From Octopus sinensis (Eukaryota), in assembly GCF_006345805.1 (NCBI RefSeq), contig NC_043005.1, positions 23,994,001-24,058,000 on the forward strand: 64,000 nt of DNA, read 5' to 3'. Shown one piece after another: positions 49,294 to 61,729 of this stretch. The translations under genes were made by a program, and so were the position numbers. The notes under the pieces were generated by a model. The model did no database searches and was not told the origin of the DNA. It saw only the letters and a list, made by a program, of their open reading frames with translations. Every line of letters starts with the position of its first letter. Within the stretch, counting starts at the first letter, position 1.

Positions 49294-49406
49294 TTGTGTA
49301 TGTTATATTATATATATATATATTAATGATATAAATAATATATACATATGCATGTAAAATACGTATATGTATTTACTTACATCTATACGTATATGTATAT
49401 GTATAT

Positions 49407-50182
49407 GTGGGCACGGGACGTCACAAAATGTGTACAACTAAAAATACGAAGCACGAGTACATGGAAAATGAACTATTCTTTCGAACACCGAAAGACACAA
49501 ATGGAAAACAAAACAAACAACGTTATGAATGACCCTTCATCAGTTGGCTGTTTTGTAATCTCGTATTTTGAGCATTTAACAACAATATACGCTTTCGATA
49601 AAACAGTCGCTCCCACAAAGCAAATTAAATAAAATTTGGGATTTTGCGGAGGGTCAAAATTGGTAACACAAACAGTACAGTAAGACCAAGCAGGAAGGGC
49701 AGCTAAGCCTAAACGGTGTTGTGCTGGCGAATGTGTAAATGAAGCTTGGACAGGAGACAAACGCGAACACGTCCTTCTTGTTCAAGCTACAACGGAAACA
49801 ATGAAAGAAACACGTTAGAAGAAGAAAGAAAGATGGCCGATGTTCACGTGAGAGCAACGTGCGCAAGGGAATGGGAGTGAGGAAGAGAGAGTGACAGAGT
49901 ATTAGGATACAATAGTGGGAGAAGAGGAGGCCAAAGAATAAAATAGAGAGTGAAAACGAAAGAGCGAAAAGATCATATAGAGTGTGCATCAGAATTATTA
50001 AAGGTAACACATACATGGAAGAGGATGCGTGGCGTTCAGTCATATAATAATACAAATTATATACATAAATACATACATATATATATTCATATATATATAT
50101 ATATATTATATATATATATTATATATAATATATATATATATATACATACATACGTACAAACGTATATGTACATACATCTATA

Positions 50183-50235
<53 letters not shown>

Positions 50236-50465
50236 ATATACATATATATGCATATGTGGACACAGGACGTCGCGAAGCGTGCACAACAAAAAGATACGAA
50301 GTACGAGTACATGGAACATGAACTATTCTTTCGAACAATGAAAGACACAAATGGAGAATAAAACAAACAAATAAAGAACGACCCTCCATCAGTTGTTCGC
50401 TGTTTTTCTAGTCTCATATTTCGAGCATTTAACAACAATATACGCTTTCGATAAAACAGTTGCTG
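49407..50465 (-). mobile_element. Element with about 205-bp diverged direct repeats (49407-49610 and 50256-50465), Penelope-pLTR-like
   Basis: The repeats share GTACATGGA..GAACTATTCTTTCGAACA..TCGATAAAACAGT; degenerate CTGATGAAGGG..AACGTT on the minus strand. Confidence 0.45.
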
Positions 50466-50466
50466 C

Positions 50467-50528
<62 letters not shown>

Positions 50529-50732
50529 CACACACACACACATATATATGTATATATACATACATATGTATATATATATATATATATATACATATATATA
50601 CATATATATATATGTATATATATATATATGTATATATATATATGTATATTAACTATAAATGTATATATGTATAGTAAATATAAACATATATATGTATATT
50701 AAACATATATATATATTAAATATATATATATG

Positions 50733-50769
<37 letters not shown>

Positions 50770-50811
50770 CTATATATATTAAATATATATATGTATTAAA
50801 TATATATATGC

Positions 50812-51205
50812 ACAGTGCATAAGGAATTTGAGGATATGCATATTTTGGGTCATTACTATATTTTTTGCTAACTCAATATAATCTTTGTTTCAGAAAATAA
50901 TAATAGCAGACCCTCAGCTTACTCGAGAAATGAAGATGCATGTTATTATTTTGGTTACAAAGGCTGAGCGTAGCGATACAGAAATATCTTCATTTTTAAA
51001 TGTTGCCAAATCTTTCGTCTACAAAGTTTGTCAGGAGCTAGTGACTGAAGATGGAATCGTATCACCTCTTTCAAAGCATAAAAATCATCCTAAACGCTCT
51101 GAAATCACCAAAACACCTGAAATCATCCAGTATGTTCAACAGAACATTGATTACTATCTCAGGAAGTCCGTGAGGTCAATTGCAATGGATTTCCAAATGT
51201 CAGAT
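50812..51205 (+). mobile_element. Tc1/mariner-superfamily (maT-like) transposase N-terminal fragment
   Basis: From ATG 50930: MKMHVIILVTKAERSDTEISSFLNVAKSFVYKV..RSEITKTPEIIQYVQ..RKSVRSIAMDFQMS (paired HTH). Confidence 0.7.
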
Positions 51206-51264
51206 ATGCTGACAATCCCTAAAACAATGACAGTCGTAGGAAATTTTTTATGCATAACACTTAG

Positions 51265-51306
51265 AACTTCAGAAGGGTCTGCACATAACCATCTGTCATT
51301 TCTTCG
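51265..51306 (+). CDS. Candidate exon (42 nt, phase 1 to 1): K-LQKGLHITICHFF
   Basis: ATAACACTTAG acceptor; weak donor GTTAAT; phase-consistent. Confidence 0.3.
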
Positions 51307-51394
51307 GTTAATTGAAGAATGCAATCATTACATCAATTTAAATGCAGAGCAATTCTCAGCTGCATAAAGACAGAATTAAATTAAATTAAAACAG

Positions 51395-51435
51395 ATGGGC
51401 ACATCAGCATAATTTTACCTAAAACATCCAAGGAG
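51395..51435 (+). CDS. Candidate exon (41 nt, phase 1 to 0): D-GHISIILPKTSKE
   Basis: AAAACAG acceptor and GAG|GTAAGG donor. Confidence 0.35.
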
Positions 51436-51565
51436 GTAAGGAGATAGACAAAGAACATGCTGTCTTCACTTCAGCTTCAGTTAAATGGAGTTGCTTGAAA
51501 CGATCGTACTGCTACCTCTGGATATCCTTGTTCCTTATTTTGATTAAATATATATATACATATAA

Positions 51566-51609
<44 letters not shown>

Positions 51610-51688
51610 AGCCTTCGGGCTAAAACATTTTTAAGGATTTAAGGATATATATATTTATGATATATAATAAATATTTAACATATGTATG

Positions 51689-51726
<38 letters not shown>

Positions 51727-51825
51727 TACGTACATAATTATAAAATTATAATCATAGTTAGGGCTACTCGACATGACCGGCGCCTATGCTAGACGTAGAT
51801 ATCAAATAACTACAACCCACTCTAG

Positions 51826-51851
51826 AAGTTGCTCTCTAAACTCAACCACAG
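51826..51851 (+). CDS. Weak candidate exon (26 nt, phase 0 to 2): KLLSKLNH-R
   Basis: CACTCTAG acceptor and AG|GTACGA donor; included only because it completes the phase chain. Confidence 0.2.
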
Positions 51852-53214
51852 GTACGAACACGAAGGAATGAGCAAAAAAATATACCAGATTATGGATAAT
51901 TCTTTACCTCAAGATTTCTCGCTTGGCAAAGAATTTCTCTGAGATCTTCAGTAGAAATATACCAATTAATATATTAATGGGAATTATACGTACACAACGG
52001 TAAATTTACCCGCAGATACCAATACATACACACATTTCCCACGTATACATTTCATCTTTCAGCCCATCTCGATCATGCGGTTGATGTCAGAATAAATACG
52101 GAGTAAATGCAGTCCCGCATTTTCTCCTGAAGGTCGCTGAGCAGTTTGCAGATCGTCAAATATCGAGGTATATATATATATTATATATATATATATATAC
52201 TTTCCTATGGCGGCTTTTGTTTTAAACCTTAAGCTTTCTCTTAGGTTATATTATTTTATTTGGCTTTAAGGGATAATATAATGATTCAACGTCACTTATA
52301 CTAAAGTGTTATCATTATACCTAAAACCCTGACTACAGTTATAACGTCATAGAGACATATACGCATGAAACGCTATATTAACGACATGAATGTCGAATAT
52401 TTTCTTCGTGTCCTTTAAACCGCTATAAGAAAACATAATCAAGGATTTCAGAAATGCATACTTATTTATGCTCAGTTGAAAAACAAACGTGAAGAGAAAC
52501 ATTTTCTTTTTAATTATTTTTATTATATAAATATAACATTTTATATTATTTACAGTAGGAAATATAACTTTGTCGTGAAGAAGAACTACTATAAATTCAT
52601 TAACTAATTTCTTTAATACATTAACCAACAAGTCAAAATAGATTTGTGATTAACTTAGACATGGCATGAAAATTACCGATGTCTCCAAAAGAGTGAGTGT
52701 CGTGGAGTTCAGTGACATCCAACAAACACTGATATTTTTCCCAAAATCCAGGGTTTTTATAACTGCTCAACTTGACTTAAAATAATCGAAATCCATGACA
52801 AATATTCTTTACGAAACTTTTAGAATCTTTATATGAACAGATATATCAACCAATGGAAAAAACGAAAATGATAATTCTTCGGCAATACGACATTTTGTCA
52901 TATTGCCAATTCGCGCCACATTTTAAAATGGCTAAAATGGTTATTGCTACAATACATATGCGTGTATATCGCAACTTTGAGCTGAAGTCGATAAAAGAAT
53001 GCGTATAGATATATTATTATATACATACATAAATATGATACACACATATATATATATGCATCTCCTGAAGGCAATAGTGTACCACTGCAGGAACGTGGAG
53101 GGTACTAGATAATACAGAGGAGACACGCACGAGCTGTTAAAATAACATGATGATGATGATGTTGACAACGTTGATGGTAAATAAATAAATAATAGCGTTT
53201 CGAATTTTGGCACA

Positions 53215-53429
53215 GTAGCTATAGGGGAGCTTCAGACAAATACATAACAAGAACACCAGGATTTACAAGTATGTATAACATACAGAAAATAGCATTACTA
53301 GGATGTGTGCACCGCACGCATCCTACGTAAAACAGTTTCAATACAATGAAAATAAAGCACCACAACACATACCCAAGACTCACAGACTACTGAATAATAA
53401 TTAATAACAACAACAACAACAACAACAAC

Positions 53430-53528
<99 letters not shown>

Positions 53529-53920
53529 GCTAGCCAAATGTATAAGATGATGAGCAATGAGATCTGGGCGACAACCGCCATGAAAAGAAGTAGAATGGTA
53601 TTATGTCAGAAGGATTCAAAGGTAGCAAATATGGTGGGGAATTTTCGGCGAATATCTTGCTTGCCGCTTATTGATGACGAGCATTATTAAAAACAGCATT
53701 TACAACTATCTAGACAAGAATGAGTCACTTGCAGTGGAACAAAATATCTGTGGACGCATGGGTACAGAGACTAAGGATCAGATTGTTTTGGCTACAAGAA
53801 GAGATAAAAATATTTGGCTTTTGTATGGATGGATTACCGAAGCGTACTTCGCGGTCCCACACTCGTGGATTGTTTGAGGGCAGTAAAGTGGTTAGCGTCT
53901 CTGATAATATTTTGAAGTTT
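53215..53920 (+). mobile_element. Dong-like 3' end (53215-53392), (AAT/AAC)n-(ATT)n microsatellite (53393-53529) and degenerate Dong-like RT piece (53560-53920)
   Basis: SDKYITRTPG..YNIQKIALLG..ILRKTVSIQ*; NFRRISCLPL..YLDKN..EQ..TKDQ..PHSWI. Confidence 0.7.
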
Positions 53921-54240
53921 TAAAATATTTTTCACCCGTGAAGTATATGTACTATATTACCCAATATGTCATTTTTTCTTTAAGATGTTCATGTGTAATT
54001 TGCGTCAATCAGTTGTTTATTCTAGCTGGTCGAATGAACACATACAGGCCCCAACACTGACTCAAATAATATATAGTGGTTTATTAATTTGAATTAATTT
54101 AGCCTATAATATATATATATATATATATTAATAGTCTCTGACTATTTCCTCTTTCTCACTAGACCGCTGGTGGCAAAATAATTTCTATTGAATTTTTTGC
54201 TACCCTAATATTGATTAAATATATATATATATATATATAG

Positions 54241-54313
<73 letters not shown>

Positions 54314-54471
54314 TGTGTGTGTGTGTGTGTGCGTGTGTGTGTGTGTGTGGTGTGTGTGTGTGCTTGCGTGTGTGCGTGCGACTTGTGGATTACAAGAGTA
54401 GTCCTACTGATAAAGAGAACGAGTGTGTATTCTGGGTAGGAGAAATATTTAATTTGTTGTTACTAATTAAG

Positions 54472-54683
54472 AATTCTAAAACCATTATCAGCAGTAGTGG
54501 TAACCATCAGATCGTTTATGTCAGTATCCAAGTTTGCTTTGAGACTCTTACCTGAGTTCACCAATGTGAAAATTGTTCACTCTGAGATCAGTGACTGTAA
54601 TTTTCCATCGAAGTCATTACTTACTGAGAAACAGCCTCGTGGCAAGCGACTCACTCACAATATTCAGATGGACATTGTTAAAC
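54472..54683 (+). CDS. Candidate exon (212 nt, phase 2 to 1): ILKPLSAVVVTIRSFMSVSKFALRLLPEFTNVKIVHSEISDCNFPSKSLLTEKQPRGKRLTHNIQMDIVK
   Basis: 70 open codons in unique DNA and C|GTAAGT donor; alternative same-phase acceptor at 54511. Confidence 0.55.
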
Positions 54684-54733
54684 GTAAGTTAAACTTATTA
54701 AATATTGCTTCCTAATCATATCATAATCATTAG

Positions 54734-54795
54734 CTGTAGTAGCTAAAGTTGAACACGTTGATGATGTTAAACTGCTGATGAAATTATTTAGGAAG
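54734..54795 (+). CDS. Candidate exon (62 nt, phase 1 to 0): P-VVAKVEHVDDVKLLMKLFRK
   Basis: ATCATTAG acceptor after a 50-nt intron and AAG|GTAAGG donor; in frame with the previous exon. Confidence 0.5.
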
Positions 54796-57700
54796 GTAAG
54801 GTATTTTAGTCATAAAGGCTGAAAGCTAATAATAAGGAATTATCACTTTCGTTCAATGTTACGCCTATAAAATGACATAATTAAATATTAGTCCTCAGAA
54901 CTGCCTTCGAGTCTTCAGAACTGTATTCTTGAAATACTCCAGCTCTCCACAGATACTGAGTGTTTACTGAGATCTGCAATAGAATAATATTCACACATCT
55001 ATTATACACTCGGGCACCATAGGCCGCATGAATATATATATAGTAGTAACAGAAAACAGAGATTTCGATTATCCCCGCGTCGCGAGTTGTAATGTATATA
55101 AGAAATTAAAAAAGGAAAATACGCACACTTACATAGTTTTAATATAATTTTTAATATATCGACCGGTTTCGCTATCGCTATTCATGATATTATGTTTTAC
55201 TTATTCGAATATGTATTTTTTCTTAAGAAGAAATTTTGTCCATGAAATTCACGAGTGAATGAATTCACAAGTAGATAAATAAATGGAGGTAATTGGTTAT
55301 TGTTATTATTGTTATTGTTGTGAGTAAGGGAGATAACTGTTCGGTAGTCGGTGAATATGTTCTTAAGGTCAACTTGCAATTATTCGCGAGAACGTCTAAG
55401 CATTCTCACTAATTCAACTCCCAACCAAATTGAAAGCAACTTTGTTTTTAGCAATTATGGTCCAGTGTTTTGAAATCAAATTATTGAAATTTCGTTCATT
55501 CAAAAGAGAATTAGGTCAAAGTATGCGAGGTCAAAAGTGGGAGAGTCAGACAAAAAACTTGACTTTGAATCAACATATCTCAGTTATCTTAAGGGAAAAG
55601 TATAGATTAATTGATTCTAAAAGAAAAAAAACCGTGCTCATTAAGAAGAATATTTTGGTGGAAACGTTGTTAAACAGGATCAGTTAGGAAAAACGTTGTG
55701 TGGCTTTAAGTGACGAAAAATATATGGTAATCTCCAAAATTGAATTTGAATCAAAATATCTCAGCCATTGTTAAGATAAACCACAGAATAGTTCTGTTCA
55801 GATGAAAGAGCTCTATGAGATGAATCTTATGGAGGATACATGATCAAAAAATATCAACTACAAAAAAAGTGATGTGCTTTGAAGTGAGAGACAAAAAGGT
55901 GGTATTTTTGCCCTTTTAAGATATTTAGCATTATAAAATGTACTTGGTGTGAAGAGTTGCTTATCGTAATGACGTTTCGTGCTTTTCTGGAATTAGAGAT
56001 GTAAAGGATTCTCTGTAGAGGCTTGCTAGTCTTTTTTCCGTTTCTTAATGGTATTTACCTGATCTTTTAAGCTATTTTCATAGTCATTCTTCGTTCGAAG
56101 TTTTCTTTATTTTCTGTAAAATACCAACTGACTAGGCTTTCAGTGTTTGCTTATAAAACTGTATCATTCACCCACGGTAGAGAACTTTTAGTCACCTGCA
56201 AGCATTCCTAAGGCTTCATCACTAAATCAGTTATCTTAAGTTAAGCTAATATTTTCAATCTTAATATTTCTTTGTATTAAGCATATTTTTAGTGTTACTA
56301 GAATGAAAACTATAATGGTAAATATAATTAATTATAATTATAGAAGCGGTGCCTGCAATGGAAGTGGATTAGAACGAATGAAAGGTTATTCTTAAGTATT
56401 GAACTTTGAAAATACAGGAAGAAAAAAACTTAAAATATAGCTGCTGAAGTCAGAATTTAAAATGTAAAATAGTTATAAATACCCTTTTACGCGTTTTATT
56501 TTCACTTAAAAGTTTAAATCAAAATACTCAAGAAGTTATTTACTTTCAATTATAGTGAAAAGACTGATTGCTTGCAAGTTTACACATGAAAATTTAACAT
56601 TTCAAATTTAGAAGACGGCGAGCCGGCAGAATAGTTAGCCCGCCGGACGAAATGTTTAACGGTATTTCGACAGTTTTTAAGTTCTGAGTTCAAATTCCGG
56701 CGGGTTCGACTTTACTTTCCATCCTTTCAGTATCGATAAAATAAGTACTAGATGAGAACTGGGGCCCATGTAAATGACTTATCCCTCTCACCCCGAAATT
56801 ACAGCGACATTTTTCGTTGCACCCCGAAACTGCTAACATTTTCGAAGGATGAAAGGGGAAATCGAGCACGGCGTAATTTGAACTCCGAACGTGAAGACCG
56901 ACAAAATGCCGCTAAGCAATTTGACGTCGGCGTGCTTACGATTCTGCCAGGTCGCCATCTTAGTGATAAATATAATATTAAACTCATATGTTGCGGCGAG
57001 CTGGTAGAATCGTTAGAACGTCGGGTAGAAATGCTTAGCGGTAAATCATCGAGCACTAGATCGATGTAATCGACTCACATCTTCGCCTGAAATAACTGAC
57101 CTTGCGCTAAAATGTGAAACCAATATCAAAGACATATTAAGCCGAATATTGAGCAGTGCAGTTTTCGATGATCTATTAAAAATAGTATTTGTATTATAAA
57201 AAGTCAGTTACTCATTTGCTGAATTTTATATTCTTTAAGCGCGAAATTGTATTCCAAGGATTCTAGCATGGTGTTACAGTTTTAAATTGATGTTCGATTT
57301 CACACTTCATGCTTTATGACAGCCAGTTTATAAGTAAACAGGTTTTTCTGCTCTCTGAATAGTCCAGGCTATTATATGTAATTGCAATACGCTGCCGTCT
57401 TACTAGACAGAAATAGTATAATTAAAAAACAAGCAAACTATAAAACAAAGAAATAGAAAAAAAGTAGGAATTGCATAGCCAAAGGGAAAAAAAAAACAAA
57501 CGAAATAGATTTTGATGGATGAATATTATATCGTAATTACTTGGGACAGTTTAAATTTTCTTCTCGTCGATTAGCAACGCCGAGAAAGTAAACTGAAACA
57601 CTGAAGCGGATATTGAAACTCTGTCACGAAATCGGAAAGCTGTCGTCCCACCTGAAAGTCTCTCACCATTATACAATAGCTTTCAATAATTACATTGTTA

Positions 57701-58149
57701 CAGGAAGAAACATCTGTAACGGAAGAATACAATGGACGGAATCAAGTTTTACACAAGACTGTAACTTCTTTTATTAACCTTGGAGACATGAAAGACAAGA
57801 GTCAAGCAGTATTTGAACTTGGAAAATAAATACTATAATCTATTTAGCTTTCTGTTCTACTGATCCTTAGGTCTTAACAGTTCCTGAAATTTCTTTAATA
57901 TTTGCATTATCACATAAAGTATTTTTTATTTACAGTCAGAAAATAATTTTAAAAAATGAAAGCTAATGAAAAAATTGAGCGCAAAATGTAAAATTGACTC
58001 TAGCTTTTTGATTAAAAACTTAGGGGTTATAATTGCCAATTTTTCTTCAATTGCTAGTATGTGCTTTTGTTTTTAAACCTAAAGTTTTCATATCAAATTT
58101 TTAATGTGTAAACTTGTATCCCCTATAATTGAAAATAAATAACTTCTAT

Positions 58150-58366
58150 TCTTTTTTTTAATTTGTTTCAGTCACTTGACTGTTGCCATGATGGAGAATC
58201 GCTTTTAGTCGAATAAATCGACTAAAGCCTAGGACTTATACTATCGGTCTCTTTTGCCGAACAGCTAGATTACGGGGACGTAAACACACCAACAGTAGTT
58301 CTCAAGTGAATGTGGGGGGACAAACACAGACACACAAACATACACACACCTACGCACACGCATACA

Positions 58367-58417
<51 letters not shown>

Positions 58418-58551
58418 CGAAGGGCTTCTTTCAGTTTTCGTCTACCAAGCCCACTCGCAAGGCTTTGCTCAGCCCGAGGCTATAGTAGTTACCCAAGGTG
58501 CCACGCAGTGGGAGTGAACTCGGAACCATGTGGCTGGTAAGCAAACTACTT
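58150..58551 (-). mobile_element. tRNA-derived SINE body; its head is displaced to 61232-61262 by two insertions
   Basis: Reverse complement of the 342-1633 family, ending at GGTAAGCAAACTACTT; the remainder ACCACACAGCCAC is at 61245-61257. Confidence 0.88.
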
Positions 58552-59471
58552 TATTTCATTCGATTTGCCATTAAGGCATTACACAGAAAGAGTAGCTGCG
58601 GGCTAAGACCTCCGCAGTTAACCGTGGAGGCCAATCCGAGTCTTCAGTCCAGGGAAAGGTTCCCTCCCTCCGGCCCTCCAGCTTCTTTACAAAGCTGTGT
58701 ATCACCCCTCCCTTATGAAAGAAGATAACAAAATCATCCGTCATCGCACTGGGAGGGGCCACAGTTTCCTCCGTCGGTGGCACAATTTCCATCGATGAGG
58801 TTTCAAAACATGCCGGCAGTGTACTACCAACCGCCGGTAATATCCCATTCGTTGTTACTTTTCTTTTTTTCCTCCCTTGTGCTACGGGAAGGTGTGGTAC
58901 CTCCTCTTTATCCGGATGATCTTCCCTCCCTCTCGCAGCTTTAGGGTCCTTCGGTGGACAGCCATTGTTGCCCACCTTCTTTCTTTTCTTTTTTTTTTCG
59001 AGGAGGTCTCCGCCTCCTTGACTGCCTCCATCTCTCCCTCCAAAGGAGGAACGAGGGTGCTACTTTTATTAACTGCTCCAGCACCATACTTTGATTTTGA
59101 GGACAGTGCTTCTTAATATGGCCCGGTTCCAGGCAGAGGTGACACTTGTGGGGAGGGGTGTCCCTCAAGAATCACCGGATACCTAAAACCGGCTATTTTC
59201 AGAAAATCTAGAAACACCAGATTCTTGGCTGATTAGTCCACAGGGTCAAAAGCCCTTTTGACCCCACCCAATCAGCCGCAGGCAAACTTTGACAATGAGG
59301 AGCTTGGCTCCGCTGCCACCCCACAATAGTGGGAAGAAACAATATTTCTTCGCCCTCTAAGGGCTGACTTGCAAAATTGTGAGTCTCTTCAGGGGTGTCA
59401 AATAGCAACCACACCGTCGCATATTTGATACTCCTGGAAATAAATTTTGTAGTTAGCATCTACTTCGCCAA

Positions 59472-59507
<36 letters not shown>

Positions 59508-59968
59508 TGGTTTTTTAAAGAGGGCGATGATGTCGAGCGACTTGGAGTACGTTCACAGCACCACCGTCCTCTCCTCAAGACTGTTTAGAAGGAAGACAGT
59601 TCCAAACACAGAAAAACAAAGCACAATTCCGGTCGAGAGTACTCCCAGCCTAGAGTAATCCACCAGTATCAACGGTTCCACAAATCGGTACAAATCTTGG
59701 TAAAATCCACAATGTTTGGTAAAATTCCACACCTTTTTTTTTTTGAGGTGAGACACGCCCCCAAAACAAAAATTCTCACTGCTAAGTGAGTCACTTAGCG
59801 CGACTGCAAGCAGACAAATGTCCAGGACCCAGTGAGTATTTCTTATTTGCAAAAAGAAAAACAATATCAATTAACAAAACCCCGCTAAATCTCCAAAAAA
59901 AGAGCGCTGTGAAAGCACGTCTTGACAGCATTCAGTGCAAAAACAACACTGACTCACACATGCGCAGT
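58552..59968 (-). mobile_element. ORF1-only Tx1-related element A (1417 bp) bounded by the 13-bp target repeat
   Basis: TVWLLFDTPEE, ILFLPT, PHKCHLCLEPGHIKKHC; ORF stops at 58571, 19 nt from the 3' end ..TGGCAAATCGAATGAAATA; no EN or RT residues seen. Confidence 0.82.
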
Positions 59969-59981
59969 AAGCAAACTACTT

Positions 59982-61231
59982 TATTTCAATATTTTGCCAT
60001 AAATGCATAACATAGAGGGGATACTACAAAACATGTGGGGACATATAACAATTAAAAATATGTAAAACTAAAATATGATACCATGAGTGACATGAAAATG
60101 AACATGAGAAAATAAATTAAGGTTATGGTATCATGCATGATATCTGAAAATGAAAATATGAAGAGTGTGATACTCACCCCACACTGAGTAACACCACTCA
60201 CTGCCTCTGAGTCCTAATTCCTCTTTAGTCTCTGGTCTAGTCCTTCTATTTTTTCTCTCGCTATCGCTCAATGACAACACTCTTTCGTAACCTTTTTCAC
60301 CGGGGGCGGGGTCTTCTAAATTCTGTGGTGTCTGCTCTTTTTCATTTTTCTGTGGGGGGTCTGGTGTATAGGGCGGGTGGGTCTGAGTGGTCTTGGGTGG
60401 AAGGGAGTTGGACTGGGGTACCACAGCGCACTCAGTGTTCTTTCTTTTCTTCCTATTCTTCCCTCTACTCTCTGTTACTATCCATTCTGCCGCCTTTTCT
60501 CCGTCGGTTCGTCTGTTGTTTCATCTATTGTTTTCTTCTGTAGAGAGCAGTGTGCTTTAATGTGGCCCTTTTGACCACACTTAAAATAACGTGGGACTCT
60601 GCCCTCCACCCACACTCTTAACACAATTTCTCCCAACGTCACCGTCTCCGCTAGACTCTCTAGTTGCTTTTCCTCCGTCTGCAGGATGAGATCCAGTGAT
60701 TTCCATATCCATCCTCCTTCTTCTTTTTCCGTGGCTTGAAGAACAGCCAGCTCCTCCTCACATCCTCACTGTCCCGCATTTACATCCTTTGGTTATATAC
60801 ATTATTTGGTTCGACTGTTTCCTTAGCGCTTTTTCTATTATTTCCGCTTCTACCTGTTCAGTCTTTTTGCTCTTCAGCTAGTGCATCCTATAGGTGATAG
60901 TTTTCCTCTCCATTTGCTCCATGATTCTTTTAGGCAGCGACAACTTCACGTCGCCACCCACCTTTTGAATCATTTCCCCATATTCCTTTAGTCCAGCCAG
61001 GTCTACATCCTTTCTCTTGACCTCCGCCACCTCAGAAAAAACTTCTTGTTCTCTCCAATATTCCGTTCATTCTTCTCACCGCCTTCACCAGCTCCTCCTC
61101 CGCTGAAGATAATTCAGACCCGCTAAAGTCTGAATACATTTTCTCTAAACCGCTGCCAAGCAGCACAAATGTCCTGTCCGACTCTCAAAAAAACAAACCA
61201 GTAACTGAATCAACGCATGCGCAGTAACTGA
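59982..61231 (-). mobile_element. ORF1-only Tx1-related element B (1250 bp) bounded by the 13-bp target repeat
   Basis: MYSDFSGSE.., TITYRMH..IIEKALRK, VWVEGRVPRYFKCGQKGHIKAHC; 3' end ..CCCCTCTATGTTATGCATTTATGGCAAAATATTGAAATA; no EN or RT seen. Confidence 0.82.
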
Positions 61232-61421
61232 AAGCAAGCTACTTACCACACAGCCACCCCTGCACCACCCCTGCAGTATTTTGATTTAAAATTTTAGGTA
61301 AAAATAAAAATATATAATAGTACAAGATTTATTACAGTTAATTCCTAACTTCAGCAGCAATATTTTAGGTTCTTTATTCTTCTTGTTCTGTACTTTTTTC
61401 CGAACTTAATTACTGCAATAT

Positions 61422-61520
61422 TTAACACATAAAGTGCGACGGGCCACGATCGTGACCGTCAGGCACAAGTCAACTGGCCTCGATCGTGGCCTAAATAGAT
61501 GCTTTTAATTTATGTGCGTT
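61422..61520 (+). mobile_element. Possible piggyBac-like terminus
   Basis: TTAA-CACATAAAGTGCG followed by two related palindromes, GGCCACGATCGTGACC and GGCCTCGATCGTGGCC; no partner end or transposase found. Confidence 0.3.
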
Positions 61521-61729
61521 TGTTGGGGTCTAACGTCACTCAAACACTCTGATACCCTCCACCCGTATGCAAGAGGACTAATAGTTGAATTAATGACTTT
61601 TCAGATGATGTAAAACTTGCTGCCATTGTATACTAAGAATATATTTTAACTACTGTTTTATTTTTCATGGGTGCATGGTAGTCTCATTTTCATAAAATGT
61701 GCTCAGCAATCCATGCTATGTAAATGCAA

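Noticed and set aside
54899-54990. Possible next or terminal exon (NCLRVF..VY* from 54899 or NCILEI..AIE* from 54919)
   Set aside because: Two equally plausible acceptors and no good donor; cannot be resolved.
57560-57810. Open frames of about 40-60 codons with AG/GT sites (also 63296-63395, SYDITFVTD..)
   Set aside because: No strong donor, recognisable motif or phase link.
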